Under the pieces are notes generated by a model. The model was given only the letters and a program-made list of their open reading frames with translations. It was not told the DNA's origin and made no database searches. From Chiloscyllium plagiosum (lineage: Eukaryota), in NCBI RefSeq assembly GCF_004010195.1, contig NC_057749.1, positions 8,247,451 through 8,311,450 on the forward strand: DNA of 64,000 bases. Reading direction: 5' to 3'. Position 1 is the stretch's first letter. Each line of letters opens with the position of its first letter. The translations under genes were made by a program, and so were the position numbers. Shown here piece after piece: positions 1-12,844 of the stretch.

Positions 1-789
1 CAATACTAAAGCCAAGTACAGTTCAGGAAACAGTCTCAGCGACACACGTTCATTGCAACTGTGTGCAGTCCAGTCACATTACATGGTCAATTTTATGAGC
101 ACCATTCACCAATGTCTTTAGTCTAAGATTCTAGTCATAATTATGGTATTAACTGATGTTGTGAAATCTTATCAAAGATAACAAGGGTGTGATTAAAATA
201 TAGGCCAGCAAAGCTTGGAAAATCTCTGCCAATATGAAAGCATTACTCAGCATCTACAGAACAGAGATAGCCATTCAATCCAAATGGTCCAACCTGGTGT
301 TTAAGTCCCCCTTGTCCCATGAAGTTCCTCACTTTCTTTCTTCCTCTCACCCTATCAACATGTCTTCCTATCCATTTCTCTGTAAATTTTTTTTATCCAG
401 CTATCTGCCCTTAAGTATGTCTACGCTATCCAATACCCTTTGTTTCAGTGTTCCACAGAAGATCGGTGGGGGGGGGGTTGGATATGTTGCCTTGGAACAC
501 CAATAAAAGTGTACTCAGTGATGAATTAAGATGCAGTCACTTTACTTGGATAAGAATAAGGGAAGAGGAAAGAGCTCAAAAGACATCAAGGAAGAGATTG
601 GCCAGGATCTGATTGAATGGAGGAGCAGGTTTGAAGGGCCGACTGGCCTCCTTCTGCCCCTAGTTTGAAGTCCTTCATAGGATGGTGTCACAATTTAAAT
701 CTTGCAAAAGTGAGGGAGTTAAATCTAACAACTCTGGAAAAGTTAACAGTGCAAAGGCTGGAATACTGCATAAATAACTTACCTCCCAA

Positions 790-1410
790 TTCCCCAAAAC
801 TAGTCCACCATCACAAGTCAGGTGTATGATGCTATATCACCCACTTGCTCCATATCATCCTGAACAATGCAGCCTGCTTTGTTCTGAGGAAGGGTCACTG
901 GACCCGAAACATTAACTCTGATTTCTCTTCACAGATGCTGCCAGACCTGCTGAGTTTTTCCAGCAACTTCTGTTCATGAAAGTAGCTTGCTTGATTGGCA
1001 CCACATTCACAAGCATCCATTCCCTCCATCACCAATGCTCAGTAGCAGCTGTGTGCCCTACTACAAGATGCACTGCAGAAATTCACCAAAGATCCTTCAA
1101 TAGCACCTTCCAAACCCACGACCACTTCCATCTCAAAGGACAAGGGAAGCAGATACATGGAAAGGCCATCACCTGGAAGTTCCACTCCCAGCCATTCACC
1201 ATCTTGAACTGGAAATATATTACCACTCCTTCATTGTCATTGGTTCAAAATCCTAGAGTTCCCTCTCTAGAAACACTGTAGGTCTACCTACAGTACATGG
1301 ACTGCAGCAATTCAAGAAGGCAGCTCATCACCATCTTCTCAAGGACAATTAGGGATGGGCAATAAATGCTGGCCCAGGTGGAGCCACCCACTCCACTCTG
1401 TGAGTGATTT
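790..1410 (+). mobile_element. CR1-type LINE 3' fragment (family B), interrupted by a Penelope-derived insert
   Basis: Matches other copies in the window (14815-15625, 53520-53930, 63075-63370), e.g. CTCAGTAGCAGC..GTGTG, AAGAAGGCAGCTCA.CACCA, GGGCAATAAATGCTGGCC. Confidence 0.75.
881..975 (+). mobile_element. Penelope-derived short element (family B) with minimal hammerhead motif
   Basis: GTT-CTGAGGA-A-GGGTC-ACTG-GACCC-GAAA-CA-TT-AAC followed by the CAGATGCTGCCAGACCTGCTGAG..TTCCAGCAA tail shared with other copies. Confidence 0.75.
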
Positions 1411-1964
1411 TTTTAAAGAAGTATGTAATCTTTGGCACAGTTTAGAAATTATAAAGGATATCGAGAAGGGACCAAGTGTGGTAACCATGGAAGTAATGTA
1501 TGCATTCAACCAAGAGAGTGACAGTGACTTCATCTTAGGTCAAGGAAATCATGGGCCAAGGTTTGGATTGACGATTGACTGAATTGGATTGAAACGTATC
1601 CTGAGTGATTTTGACAGAGTGCTTAAGGGAAGGATAATTCCTCTTACGGGAGGTCCTAGGCCTTGGAGCCACTGTTTAAAAATGAGGCAGGACATTTGGG
1701 CCCCAGAGAGAGAGTGAGTGCCTGAAAGTACCTTGGATGAGGTTGGCTCGGGATGCCTCAGCTCAACCACCTCCAAGTGCAGGCAATTAAACCGAGTCTT
1801 ATCAATATTTAAGAAGGGCAACTGGGATTTGCAGAAATTAATTCCAACACAATGGGAACTGTTAATTGGTGATAGGCTTCCAGGATTGGCCAGGGTGCCA
1901 GACAGGACTATGGATGTTCTGTGCCTGAACGTGAATGAAGTCAAAGAACATCCTGTGAAGGAAT

Positions 1965-2360
1965 TACATACATACACACACACACACACATACCACCACC
2001 ACCACCATGCAATACACCATCCACACATTACAGACACACATACAATACTCAGACATAGCACATACACACACACATGCATACAACACATAGACATTGACAC
2101 AGACACACATAACACACAAACACAAAACATATGCAGACACACACCAGACATATGCGCACACAAACAAGATATAGATACACGCATTACACACACACACAAG
2201 CATAACAGACACAGGCACACGCACTCAAGACATAGACACATAAACACGCACAGACACAACATGTACATACACTCAGACACAATACACAGACACTCATATA
2301 CACCAAAAAACACACACATGGAAACACTCACAGCATGCACATACACATGACACTCACACA
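1965..2360. repeat. Degenerate (CA)n-rich simple repeat
   Basis: Direct reading; explains the His/Thr- and Cys/Val-rich ORFs here. Confidence 0.95.
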
Positions 2361-3257
2361 ACTGTCTTCTCTATTTGATTATTTTTTATTGTAAGAAGGC
2401 CAAGTAGGTCTATTCATTGTAACACAGCCACTCAATCACCTTGCCTTACTGCCCCTGTGTGCTGCTCTCAATCTGAGAGTCCTCTAACTTCCTCCAGACC
2501 AGAGAACCCTCCTGGTACCAATGGCTGCGCATGGAACTCCTCTCCCTGCTAAGGTCAAAACTTGTAATTCAACAGAATAGGTTGGAGACATGGAACATGT
2601 TTTGGCTTATGTCTCAAACCCCTCCCCCACAAATGTGTCTCTTAAGGAGCTCCTCCTGCTTTGATCAATTTCGTCTTGGCAAAAGCAGCTACCTGAACCG
2701 AACTGAATTGAAGTAGAGCTCGCCACCTTAAATGGGAATGTAACTGAGAGAGAATTGATATTTGTATTCATTATAGCATATGGAAAATCTCCACAGTGTG
2801 GCAATGGTGGATTTTTGCATTAAAAAAATAACCTCATCATTACTTTTTCCTATGCTTGACTGGCTAGGTCGCAAGTGCATTGTAGCTTGTTTCATGCCCT
2901 GAAAGACCTGTTTTAAAATCAATATCTCATATGTGTGAGAGGAGAGACTGACGTCTTGGGCTATGCATAGAAAAACAGCCCAGATGTGCGACAATATTAT
3001 TGAAATATTAATGGCTTATTGATCAAATTGGAGCTGAGTACACAAATGGAGAACAGCGCACTTCACCAGTGAGGTGAAATTACTATATTGTCCAAGCTCC
3101 ACTAGATCTATACTCAGTCGATATTGTTCTAAATAACTGTCCCCAAGGCAAAACTCTGTGCTTCATGCTGGTCATACTTTTGTATTCAAAAACATAAGAT
3201 AGTAGGGATTGACATTTGGGAAGAATAAATAGTTTTACTTGGAAAGTGAACCTTGTC

Positions 3258-3575
3258 ACAGTGGCCTAGTAGTATTATCACTGGGCTATTAATCCATGGA
3301 CCCAACTAATGCTTTGAGGACCCAGATTCAAATCCCACCACTGCAGATGATGGAATTGGAATTTAAGAAAAGTCTGGAATTAAGAGTCTAATGATGAACA
3401 CAAATCCATTGCTGATTGTTTGGAAAAACACATCTAATTGACTAATTCCCTTTAAGGAAGGGAGCTACCATTCTTATCTAGTCTGGTTTTTAACTGACTC
3501 CAGACCCACAGCAGCATGGTTGACTTTTAACTGTCTTTGGGCAATTAGGGCTGAGTGATAAGTGCTGGCTTCTTC
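3258..3575 (+). mobile_element. tRNA-derived SINE, second family (related copies ~23095-23390 +, ~48450-48690 +, ~52130-52460 -)
   Basis: A-box-like TGGCCTAGTAG, B-box-like GATTCAAATCCC, shared GACTCCAGACCCACAGCA..TGGTTGACT core and CR1-like tail. Confidence 0.65.
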
Positions 3576-3748
3576 TCGTGAATAAGCAAAAGAAAAGCTG
3601 GTGTAAGGTTTGTGTGGAGTGTTGTTGGTGTGGTTTAGTATAACAGAAGGGTGTTTAATCAGCTTCAACAAACATTATCAGTTACCAGGGAATAATAAAA
3701 TACACTCTGAATAGTAACCACAATGGGAAATTGGGAACTACTTCAGAA

Positions 3749-4081
3749 TGGCAGCTCAGTGGTTAGCACTGCTGCCTCACAGCGCCAGGGAACTGGATTC
3801 AATTCCAGCCACGGGTGACTCTCTGTGTGGGGTTTGCACATTCTCCCCATGTCTGCGTGGGTTTGCTCCGGTTTCATCTCACAATCCAAAGATGTGCAGG
3901 TTTGGTCATGCTAAATTGCCCATAGTGTTCAGGAATGTATAGGATAGGTGCATTAATCATGGATAAATGTAGAGTAATAGGGTAGGGGAACGGCTAAGGT
4001 GGATTACTCTTTGGAGGGTTGGTGGGGACTCATGGGGCCAAATGGCCAGTTTCCACACAGTAGAGATTCTGTTCTATTCTA
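3749..4081 (+). mobile_element. HE1-type (V-SINE) tRNA-derived SINE
   Basis: GCTCAGTGGTTAGCACTGCTGCCTCACAGCGCCAGG head, TGTGTGG.GTTTGCACATTCTCCCC core, GTTTCCACAC.GTAG tail with (TTCTA)n. Confidence 0.9.
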
Positions 4082-4089
4082 CGCCAACA

Positions 4090-4210
4090 GGGGAAAGGCG
4101 TCAGAAATGTGAAGCTCAAAGGGATTTAGATGCCCTAGTTCAGGATTCTCTTAAGGTTAACATGCAGGTTCAGTCAACAGTTAGGAAGATTAATGTGATG
4201 TTAGCAATGT
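4090..4210 (+). mobile_element. CR1 LINE ORF2 fragment
   Basis: Translates QRDLDALVQDSLKVNMQVQSTVRKINVMLA, the CR1 post-RT 'RDLGV' region. Confidence 0.7.
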
Positions 4211-4824
4211 CTGTTTCAACCCAATGGTCACATCTGAAAGCCTAAAGATAGTAGCCCTTCATCTAGTCAAGGGAGGTAGCCAGGGAAACTGGTCTGTCCT
4301 CAGTCATCAAAGTTGGTAAGATGTCCTGAGTGAGGGCAGAAAGGGTTGGGGATTGGTTAGAGTGGATGAAAGCCATTAAGGGAGAATGTTGCTTGTGATT
4401 AAATGTGGCAAAGCATGGGGTTTTGGTGGGAGGTGGGTGCAAGGACGGAGTGAGGGTATGTGTGAGGTAACAGAGAGAAGATGGCAGGCACCTACGTTTG
4501 CGAAGCGCCGAAAGGTCATTATTGCAAGTTCCAAGGACAAGGAGGCTATTTCAAACTTGGCTGGCATTGCTTGTTGTAGCACATAGCTGGAGTTCACAAT
4601 GGCACTCATGGGGTGAACAGGACTTCCCAACACCAGCGAGCATTCAGACTGCTGCTGAACAGTGCGCGAGCACACCATGGAGGTGTGGCATGTACTTAAT
4701 GGAGCTAGAAAGCATCCACAAAACTCCCTGAAATTGACACTTTGCCAAACCTGGGGAGAATTCAGTCCAAGGTCACCATCTCTGAGACTAGCTCTTGGTC
4801 ACAGATTTTAAATTCCAACATATT

Positions 4825-4938
4825 TGTTCCCCAAATATAAGTACTTCCAAGCAAACTAGCATCTGGAGCAGATGGGATTTAAACCTGGGGTTTCCCGACC
4901 CAAAGGTAGGGACACAACCACTGCGCCACAAGAATCAC
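4825..4938 (-). mobile_element. Short tRNA-like SINE, third family (related copies ~26478-26560 +, ~44560-44662 -)
   Basis: Shared minus-strand CAGTGGTTGT(G/A)TCCCTA..T.TG.G with B-box-like GTTTAAATCCC/GTTCAAGTCC. Confidence 0.5.
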
Positions 4939-5254
4939 CAAATGTAAAGTTTATCAATTGTACTTAAACACCAGCACCTGAGATTTGATCCATTGTGTCC
5001 CAATGTCTGGACCCATTTTCTGAATGAGTATCAACCCATTTTTCAATGACAATTGTCAGTGAATAACCGAGAAACACCGAGCAAATCCAAACATTCGAGA
5101 TTTTTAATTATGCTAACTGTGAATGCTTCCATCAGTTTACGGCTGATTGAGAAGTTCATCACAACAATTTTCAATACCCTGACTCAAAGGGGAAATTAAT
5201 ATTTATTAAGAGGGGTGGGTGCTGACTGGTTGGCAAAGGCACTGTCAAAGAATT

Positions 5255-5587
5255 ATAGAACCCCTACAATGCAGAAAAATACCATTCAACCCATCAACCC
5301 TGCACCGACCATCCGAATAGCACCACGCCTTATCCCCCATAACCCTGCATTTCCCATGGCTAATACACCTAACCTACACATCCCTGGACACTATGGGCAA
5401 TTTAGCATGGCCAATCCACCTATCCTGCATATTTTCAGACTGTGAGAGGATACAGGAGCACCCAGCAGAAACCCATGCAGAATAGGGCAGACATACAAAC
5501 TCCGTACAGCCAATCACCCAAAGCTGGAATCAAGCCTGGGTTTCTGGCACTGTGAGGCAGCAGTGGTAACCACTGAGTCACTGTGCT
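5255..5587 (-). mobile_element. HE1-type SINE
   Basis: Reverse complement of HE1 head and core (GGCACTGTGAGGCAGCAGTGGTAACCACTGAG on +). Confidence 0.9.
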
Positions 5588-5989
5588 GTATCATTCGCAT
5601 CATTAGAGAATTGTTACTCTTGCGAATTGTCCTGCTAATTTCAAGTCAGAAAGCTTGGAAAAAGACGTGACTTTGTTGCGGCATTATTTACTTTCCATAC
5701 TACTAACTGACTGTTAGTCCATTTAGATTCAAATATTTCTGAAGTTGTCCATAATTTGTATACTGTGAATGAGAACCATTCCCTAAAATAATTTGGTTTT
5801 GTATTAGTAGGCTGCACTGCTGAATGACAACAACAATTAAAGTTCATATAGAACCCTTCCCAAGTGTTAGCAAAGGAATTTTAACAGTACACAGACACAA
5901 TAAGCCAAGTGATGGAAAGCTTGGTCAAAAAGTAAGTTTGAAGAAGGGGCTTATTGGAAGGCATTGACACAGAGACTAGCTCCAAAACG

Positions 5990-6350
5990 GCAGGCCAGCC
6001 CCAGGTGGGACAGAGGAAGTGTCTCAGGGATACCTTCAAGGCCTCACTGGGGAAGTGCAGCATTCCCACAGATACCTGGGAGTCACTGGCCCCAGACTGT
6101 CCTAAAGTGGGGAAGGAACATTCGGGAAGGCGTCGAGCACCTCGAGACTTGCCGTCGGGAAAAATCTGAAGCCGGGGGAGGGGGGACAGTGTAAGGAGCA
6201 CGCTGCCCCACCAGCACCCCACTCACCCACCTCCTTCCCGTGAGCACCATCTGCCCCCAGTGTAACAGAGTCTGGGGTAGCTGCCCCCTACAGACTCACC
6301 CTGAGGGTGGGAGAAAGTCATCCCCGTCTGTGAGGGGCCGCAGTTGAATG
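5990..6350 (+). mobile_element. RTE-clade LINE 3' fragment
   Basis: Translates GQRKCLRDTFKASLGKCSIPTDTWESLAPDCPK, resembling the RTE/BovB ORF C-terminal region (GGQxKRxxDxLK..WExLAxDR). Confidence 0.7.
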
Positions 6351-6469
6351 AATAACACAGAGTTGTTGAGAATTAGGGAGAAAATTCCAGAGCTTAGGGC
6401 TATTGAATATTTCCTGTATCTCAGAGCAATGAAATGCCCTTCGTTATGAAGTGAGCAACAGTTTTAGTG

Positions 6470-6692
6470 ACAAAAAGGATGGCACTGGAAAAACAAAGCA
6501 GGTCAGACAGCATCTGAGGAGCAGGAGGGCGATGTTTTGGGCATAAGCCCTTCATCAGGTCATTCCTGATGAAGGGGTCATGCCCAAAATGTCGATTCTG
6601 CTGCTCCTCAGATGCTGCCTGACCTGCTTTGTTTTTCCAGCACCACACATTTTGACTCTGATCTCCAGTATCTGCAGTACTCACTTTCTCCT
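6470..6692. mobile_element. Inverted pair of Penelope-derived family-A elements
   Basis: ~85-bp arms centred on CTTCATCAGG-TCATT-CCTGATGAAG; flanked by AACAGTTTTAGT / AACAGTATTAGT. Confidence 0.8.
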
Positions 6693-8019
6693 AACAGTAT
6701 TAGTAAAATGAATTTTAAAATACCTTCGCTGTCACAAAATGTTCGTTGCTCTTCATTTTCTCATAGCTTTTGCGGAGCCTGTTTTCTTTGCTCAGAATCC
6801 ACACCCAGATATAGCCAATCAAGTACAGAGAGCTACTCTCATTGTCAAAAAGAGTGCAATTGAATATTATTGACAGGTGAAGATGCAACATCATATGGCA
6901 GAGTGGTGAAAATCTGAATTAATGGAAAGCAAAGATCACAGGGATAATAAGAATGGAGGAGATGATATAGTTAGGGAAGGAGGTGAGGCCATGAAGGGAT
7001 TTGGAGATATAGCTGAGAATTCTAAAATGGAATTGTTTTCTGCTCTGCCCTCAGCACTGCGTTGTGGCCATTACTACACTTTCTCCTTTGACAATTCAAC
7101 TCTTTCTGAATTTGTCAGAAAGATGGTTGAAAATGCGACACAAAGTCAATGCTCAGGCATTTCCATCTTGTACCACTTGCTATCTCTTAATTTTTAATCA
7201 CTCGATGATGGCCTAGATGACCTTCCATCTTAAATATCACGTGTCGGAATATTTTATATCACCACTTGACAGTAGATGGTGACAAGCACATGTTAATTTC
7301 TCTTGGGGATTTTCTATTCAATGCAAATACTGTCCCAGCAAGCCTGCATAATAATAATAAAGTATTCTCTCTACATATTTTACGTGGATCACAAAGTTTC
7401 ATAATATTTTCAGATTCACTAAAATCTAATGAGTCACTTCCAAACTACAGTCCCTCAAGGGTTCATTATTGGTGATGTAATCTTATTTGAGTTCAGCACG
7501 CAGTTGGCTAGGATCGATTAAGCATATCAGGGAAAATTATCCTTACCCCAACACGTTAAGTGTTCATTACTGAGTGCATATTTCAAGCTTCCTATCAACA
7601 TAAAAGTCACATTTTACATTTTACAACAATATGCGAACCTTTTTTGCAATTACATCAGATTATTCAGAGAAGTATGCTTTTTTTATGGTTGTTATCTTGT
7701 TGGTTCACCTTCCAGCAATCCAAAATTACAGCTAATGCTAGTGTCAAGAACAGCTATAAGCTGCATTCGAAAAGCAATCATAATGAGAAATTGACCTGCA
7801 GGTGTTCACTTCTCAAATAGATAAAGAACTTGCATTTATTTAGCACCACTCACAATCTCAAAGCTGATCCCAAAGCTCTCCGCACACCCAGAATGTTGGC
7901 CCTAAGTGTAGCCACTATTGCAATGTAGGAAGTCAATTTGCTCACAGGAAGCTCGCAATGAAAACTAATGGCCAGATAATCTGTTTAATGAGGTAGCAAG
8001 TTCCACTTAATACCGAATC

Positions 8020-9800
8020 AAACATACGCAGGAAAATTTCCATGTTGTCAAGACAAGGGCAATGTTGGAGCTGTACCGGAGTATCTTGGGTGGGCCATAG
8101 CCAATTCTGGAGCACAATATTCAGTGTAAATGCCAGTATGCTGTCACAGCACGTAGCCTTTGTGATATGCAGTGCATTCAGCTGTTTCTTGGTATCACAT
8201 GGAGCAAATCTAATTGGCTGAAGACTGGCATCTCTGATGCTGGGGACCCCAAAAGGAGGCTGAGATGGATCATCCACATGGCACTTGGCAGAAGATAATG
8301 CAAATGTATCAGCCTTATCTTTTCATTGATGTGCTGTATTCTTCTAACATTGTATGTGAGAACATTTGTGGAGCCTCCTCCTCGAATGAGTTGTTTCATT
8401 GCCCACCATCATTTAGAACTGGATGTGGCAGGACGCAGAGTTGTGTTCTGATCCACTCATTATGGCATTACTGTCTATCCTGCCTATCACTTGCTGCTTA
8501 CTCTGTTTGGGTTAGGGTTAGGGTTAAGGTTAAGGTTAGGGTTAGGGTTAGTATTAAGGTAAGAATTAAGGTTAGGATTAGGACTATGGTTAGGTTTAAT
8601 GTTAGGGTTAGGATTAGGGTTACGGTTAGAGTTAGGATTAGGGTTAGGGTTAGAGTTAGGATCAGGGTGAGGGTTAGTGTTAGTTTTAGGGTTAGGGTTA
8701 AGGTTACGGTTAGGGTTAGGGTTAGTGTTAGAGTTAGGATTAGGGCTATGGTTCGGGTTAGTGTTAAGATTAGGATTAGGATTAGGCTTTGGGTTAGCTT
8801 TCACCTTCGCTTTAGGATTAGGATTAGGAGTAGGATTAGGGTTAGGTTTAGGGTTCTGGTTAGGATTAGGGTTAGCCTTAGGGTTAGAGTTAGGGTTAGG
8901 GTTAGCTTCACCTCTGTGTTATAGCTTCACCAATCTCACACCTCATGTTTAGGTGCAGTGATCCTCTTGGCATATACTCCTGCATTGTCCATTGCACCAG
9001 GCTTAATGGAATATTAGAATGGAGGATGTAGCTGAGCCATGTGCTTGCAGATTGTGTTGACATACAATTCTGCTGGTGCTCAAGGCCCACAGGGCTTCTT
9101 GGATATTCAGTTTTGAGATGCCAGTTTGAAATCAGTCCCATGTAGCATGCTGCTAGTGTCACACAACCCGATGGAGGGTATCACAGTGTGAAGGCAGGAA
9201 TTCATCTCCAAAAGGACTGTCAGTGGGAGCGAGGCCAGATATACTCTTCCTGCTTGTAGCTTCCCTCAGCTTCTATCCAGGCTCGGTCTAACAGCTATGT
9301 TCTTTATTTCTCCCTTCAGCTCAGTCTGTAGTGAAGCTACTTGATGACTCTTGATGATGGAGATTAAAGACCACATTCCGAATTCTCTGTGTCATTGCTG
9401 CCCTCTGTACACCCTTCAAGTTGACTTCAATATAGAATACCCATCATCAGCTGAGGTAAGTGCATAACATGGTATTAAGCAGGAGATTTACTTGTCCATA
9501 TTTGGCCTGATGCCATTGGCTTTTATGAGTTCTGGAGTTAATGTTGAGGACTTTGACAGTATACCAACTGCACTGTCACCTCTGCAGGGACAGGACATAC
9601 CTGGATATGGTGACATGAATGTGTGGGACTTTGTCTACAGGGTACGATTCTACAAGAATGGCTATGTCAGACTATCCCTTGACCAATCTATAAGGCACCT
9701 CGCCCAATGTTGGCATGATCTCCCTGATGTTAGTACCACCACACAGGGTCAAGCGAGTTGTATTTACCTTTGTCTTTTCCATATTGGTGCTGTGTGATTT
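8020..9800 (-). mobile_element. Decayed CR1 LINE ORF2 segment split by a telomere-like array
   Basis: Minus-strand DDPSQPPFGVPSIRDASLQPIRFAPCDTKKQLNALHITKA resembles the CR1 linker before the RT domain; LINE-like sequence resumes after 8920. Confidence 0.65.
8507..8905 (+). repeat. Degenerate interstitial telomere-like (TTAGGG)n array
   Basis: ~400 bp of hexamers: TTAGGG with TTAGGA, TTAGTG, TTAGAG, TTAAGG, TTACGG variants. Confidence 0.9.
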
Positions 9801-10149
9801 CAAATCTGTTAAGTATGACTGTTCTTTGGAACCTTTTACAGCGAACTGAAGAATTGGATTTGAAATGTTAAAACTACTTCTCTCTCGACAGATGCTATCA
9901 GGTGCTGAATTCTTCCAACAATTTCTATGTTTAACTCAGATCTCCAGCACCCAAAGTATTTTGCATTTTCTTCTGTTTGTGTAACTTGGGTTGTGTAACT
10001 GAGTTTGAGCTTATTAAAAGATGCAAGTGGAAGACTATTACACATTATCATATCTATTTTATATTGTGACATGCTATTATTATGAAAGAAAGCCATTATG
10101 AAGAAGACACTGTAACTCTCCCTCTAACATAATGCTTTCTAAATTGTTT

Positions 10150-10350
10150 CCCACCTGCCAAAAGAAATGGTAGAGGCTGGTGCAATTACAACATTTAAAA
10201 GCATCTGGATAGGTGCATGACTAGGAAGGATTTAGATGGATATGTACCAAATGCTGGCAAACGGGACTAGATTAATTTAGTATATCTGGTCGGCATGGAT
10301 GAGTTAGACCAAAGGGTTTGTTTCTGTGCTGTATGGCTGTACGATTCTGT
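10150..10350 (+). mobile_element. HER1/CR1 LINE 3' end
   Basis: CTGCCA.A.GAA.TGGT.GAGGCT.GT.CAA.TACAA.ATTTAAAAG..ATCTGGAT shared with 10745-11045. Confidence 0.8.
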
Positions 10351-10744
10351 ACCATGGACAGTAAAGGACCACGTTGTATTTCGTATGTTAATGCTGTTCC
10401 CACACATTCCGAAGTATTGCAGTGTGATCAACTAGTACATCATTTTTGGAGTTGCGAAATGGCATGGTGTAACCATGCACAGAGACTTGATAAAAGAACG
10501 TAGTATAGGCATTTGAGATCTCTGGTTATGTTCTACTAGTGCGCTCGCAACACTGTACCCTAGAACTGGCTCACTCCAACATAAAAGAGATCAGCTAACC
10601 AAGGAGAAATCCTTCATTTTTGGTGGTGGTATGTATAATATCAATATATTAAGTTTACAGCACAGACGTTGACCCTTTGTCTTCAAATACAGAAATAGCT
10701 AGAAAAACTCATCAGGTCTGGCCACACCTGAGGAGAGAGAAACA

Positions 10745-11045
10745 GAGTCCAAAACTAAAGGACATAGGTTTAAGGTGAGAGGAGAAAGATTTAAAAGGGA
10801 CCTGAGAAGTAACTTTCTCATGCAGAGGGTGGTGCGTGTATGGAATGAGCTGCCAGAGGAAGTGGTGGAGGCTAGTACAAATACAATATTTAAAAGGCAT
10901 CTGGATGGGTATATGAATAGAAACGGTTTAGAGGGATATGGGCCAAATTGTGGCAAATGGAACTACATCAGTTTAAGATATCTGGTCAGCATGGACAAGT
11001 TGGACCGAAGGGTCTGTTTCCGTGCTGTACCTCTCTATGACTCCA
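10745..11045 (+). mobile_element. HER1/CR1 LINE 3' end
   Basis: RGERFKRDLRSNFLMQRVVRVWNELPEEVVEA, the CR1 ORF2 C-terminus, plus 3' UTR. Confidence 0.9.
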
Positions 11046-11584
11046 TCTCCTTTTTCTCTATCTCTGTCTTCTGACACTTGCTCTGCTCCTTTGCCCCTGG
11101 TTGCCTCTTGCTGCCTGTCGCTGTCCCAGGCTTTCTGCGATCTTTCTGCACTTGCCTGTGACTTTCTCTCCCACTCTGCCAGAGTTCCTTTCTTTCTGTT
11201 TGTTCACCTCTAAGTCTCTTTGTATGGCTGTCACACTCTTTGCACATTGCAGTGTCTATCTCAAGGAGATTTTGGAAATCAATCCTTTTCTTGAAACAAA
11301 CAAGAAGCCTTTTTATTTTCTTTAATTCAGGTAAATTAAATCCGATCTGAAGCAGACAGCTGTAGTGGAAGCAGTGAGAGCTGGAGCATGAATAAGATAA
11401 TGTGATAACCGAAAAGCGACCAGATCTACATAATCATCTGCAATGCTGGAAAAAAACAGTCTATCAGAAATAAACCTGATTTACATATCATTGTTCAACT
11501 GCCACTTCAAGCAGAGGCTACTGAAGATAATGATTTTGCAAAGCAGTTTATGCAATATGTTAGTACAAAGAGGAAAATATAGAA

Positions 11585-11832
11585 TAAAAATAGAAATTGC
11601 TGGAGAAACTCAGCAAGTCCTGTTGCATCTGTGGAGAGAGAAAGCAGAGTTAACGTTTGGAGTCCAGTCACCCTTCTTCAGAATCTTGTTCGATGTTCTA
11701 AAGTAATAAACCATTGAACTGAAGCATTAACTCTGTTTCTCTCTCTGTGAATGCTGGCAGAGTTGCTGAGTTTCTCCAGCAATTTCTCTGTTTATTTTAA
11801 ATTTCCTGAACCTGCAGTTCTTTGTTTTCTTT
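11585..11832. mobile_element. Inverted pair of Penelope-derived family-B elements
   Basis: AGAAATTGCTGGAGAAACTCAGCAA ... TTGCTGAGTTTCTCCAGCAATTTCT arms with decayed hammerhead cores toward the centre. Confidence 0.75.
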
Positions 11833-12089
11833 TTAGGGAGATGTATAGGTGGTAATCTGAAGTAAAATTTGTAATTTTTTTTTTTAAAACTCCCCTATTA
11901 GTTCTCATACTGCCATTACAATTATTTCCTCTTAATCATATTTTCTATACGTTATTAAACTTCCTAATAAGTCTTTTCTGTCCTTAACTAGAATATACAC
12001 GAGTTCGCTTCTATTCTAGGCAAGAGAAGCTGGCAATCAGAAGGTGGGAGATAACTAGAGCAGGCAGACAGTTCTCTGATAGAGATGAT

Positions 12090-12695
12090 GTTAGAATCAT
12101 AGAATCTCTACAGTGCAGATAGAGATCACTCATGTCATGGAGTCTGCACAAACCCTCCGAAAAGCATCCCACCCAGACCCATCTCAACCCCGTATCCTAA
12201 CCCACCCAGCCAGCACATTCCTGGACACTGTGGGCAATTTAGATTAGATTAGATTACTTACAGCGTGGAAACAGGCCCTTCGGGCCAACAAGTTCACACC
12301 GACCCGCAACCCACCCAGACCCATTCCCCTACACCTAACACTATGGGCAATTTAGCATGGCCAATTCATCTAACCTGCACATCTTTGGACTGTGGGAGGA
12401 AACCGGAGCACCTGGGGGAAACGCACGCAGACACGGGGAGAACGTGCAAACTCCACACAGACTGTCGCCAGGGGTGGGAATTGAACCCAGGTCCCTGGCG
12501 CTGTGAGGCAACAGTACTAACCACTGTGCCACTGTGCCACCCACGGCCAATGACTGTGGGAGGAAACCAGGGCACTCAGATGCCCACATAGCCACAGGGA
12601 GAACCTCCACAAGGATAGTTACCCGATGCTGGAATCGAACCCAGGTCCCTGGTACTACAGGGAGGCAGTGCTAACTACTGAGCCACTGCACTGCC
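12090..12695 (-). mobile_element. Nested HE1 SINEs (younger copy 12242-12545 inside an older copy)
   Basis: (GATTA)n tail at 12242; older copy's tail lies at 12090-12240 and its head at 12550-12695. Confidence 0.85.
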
Positions 12696-12844
12696 TCACG
12701 CAAGAGATTACTGTCTATTCTTCTGAGATCCAAGCAGTCCTGAGCACCCTGATTTTAATTGCTTCACCAATGGTAGCCAAGTCTTCAGCTCCGTAGGCTC
12801 TAAACCCGGAAATGTTGTTCCTGAGCCTCCCTTTCATCCTTTAC

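Noticed and set aside
1549..2361. 270-aa and 210-aa ORFs
   Set aside because: Arise from the CA/TG simple repeat; low-complexity translation
8265..8952. Arg-Val, Asn-Pro and Leu-Gly repeat ORFs
   Set aside because: Translations of the hexamer array, which lacks stops in these frames
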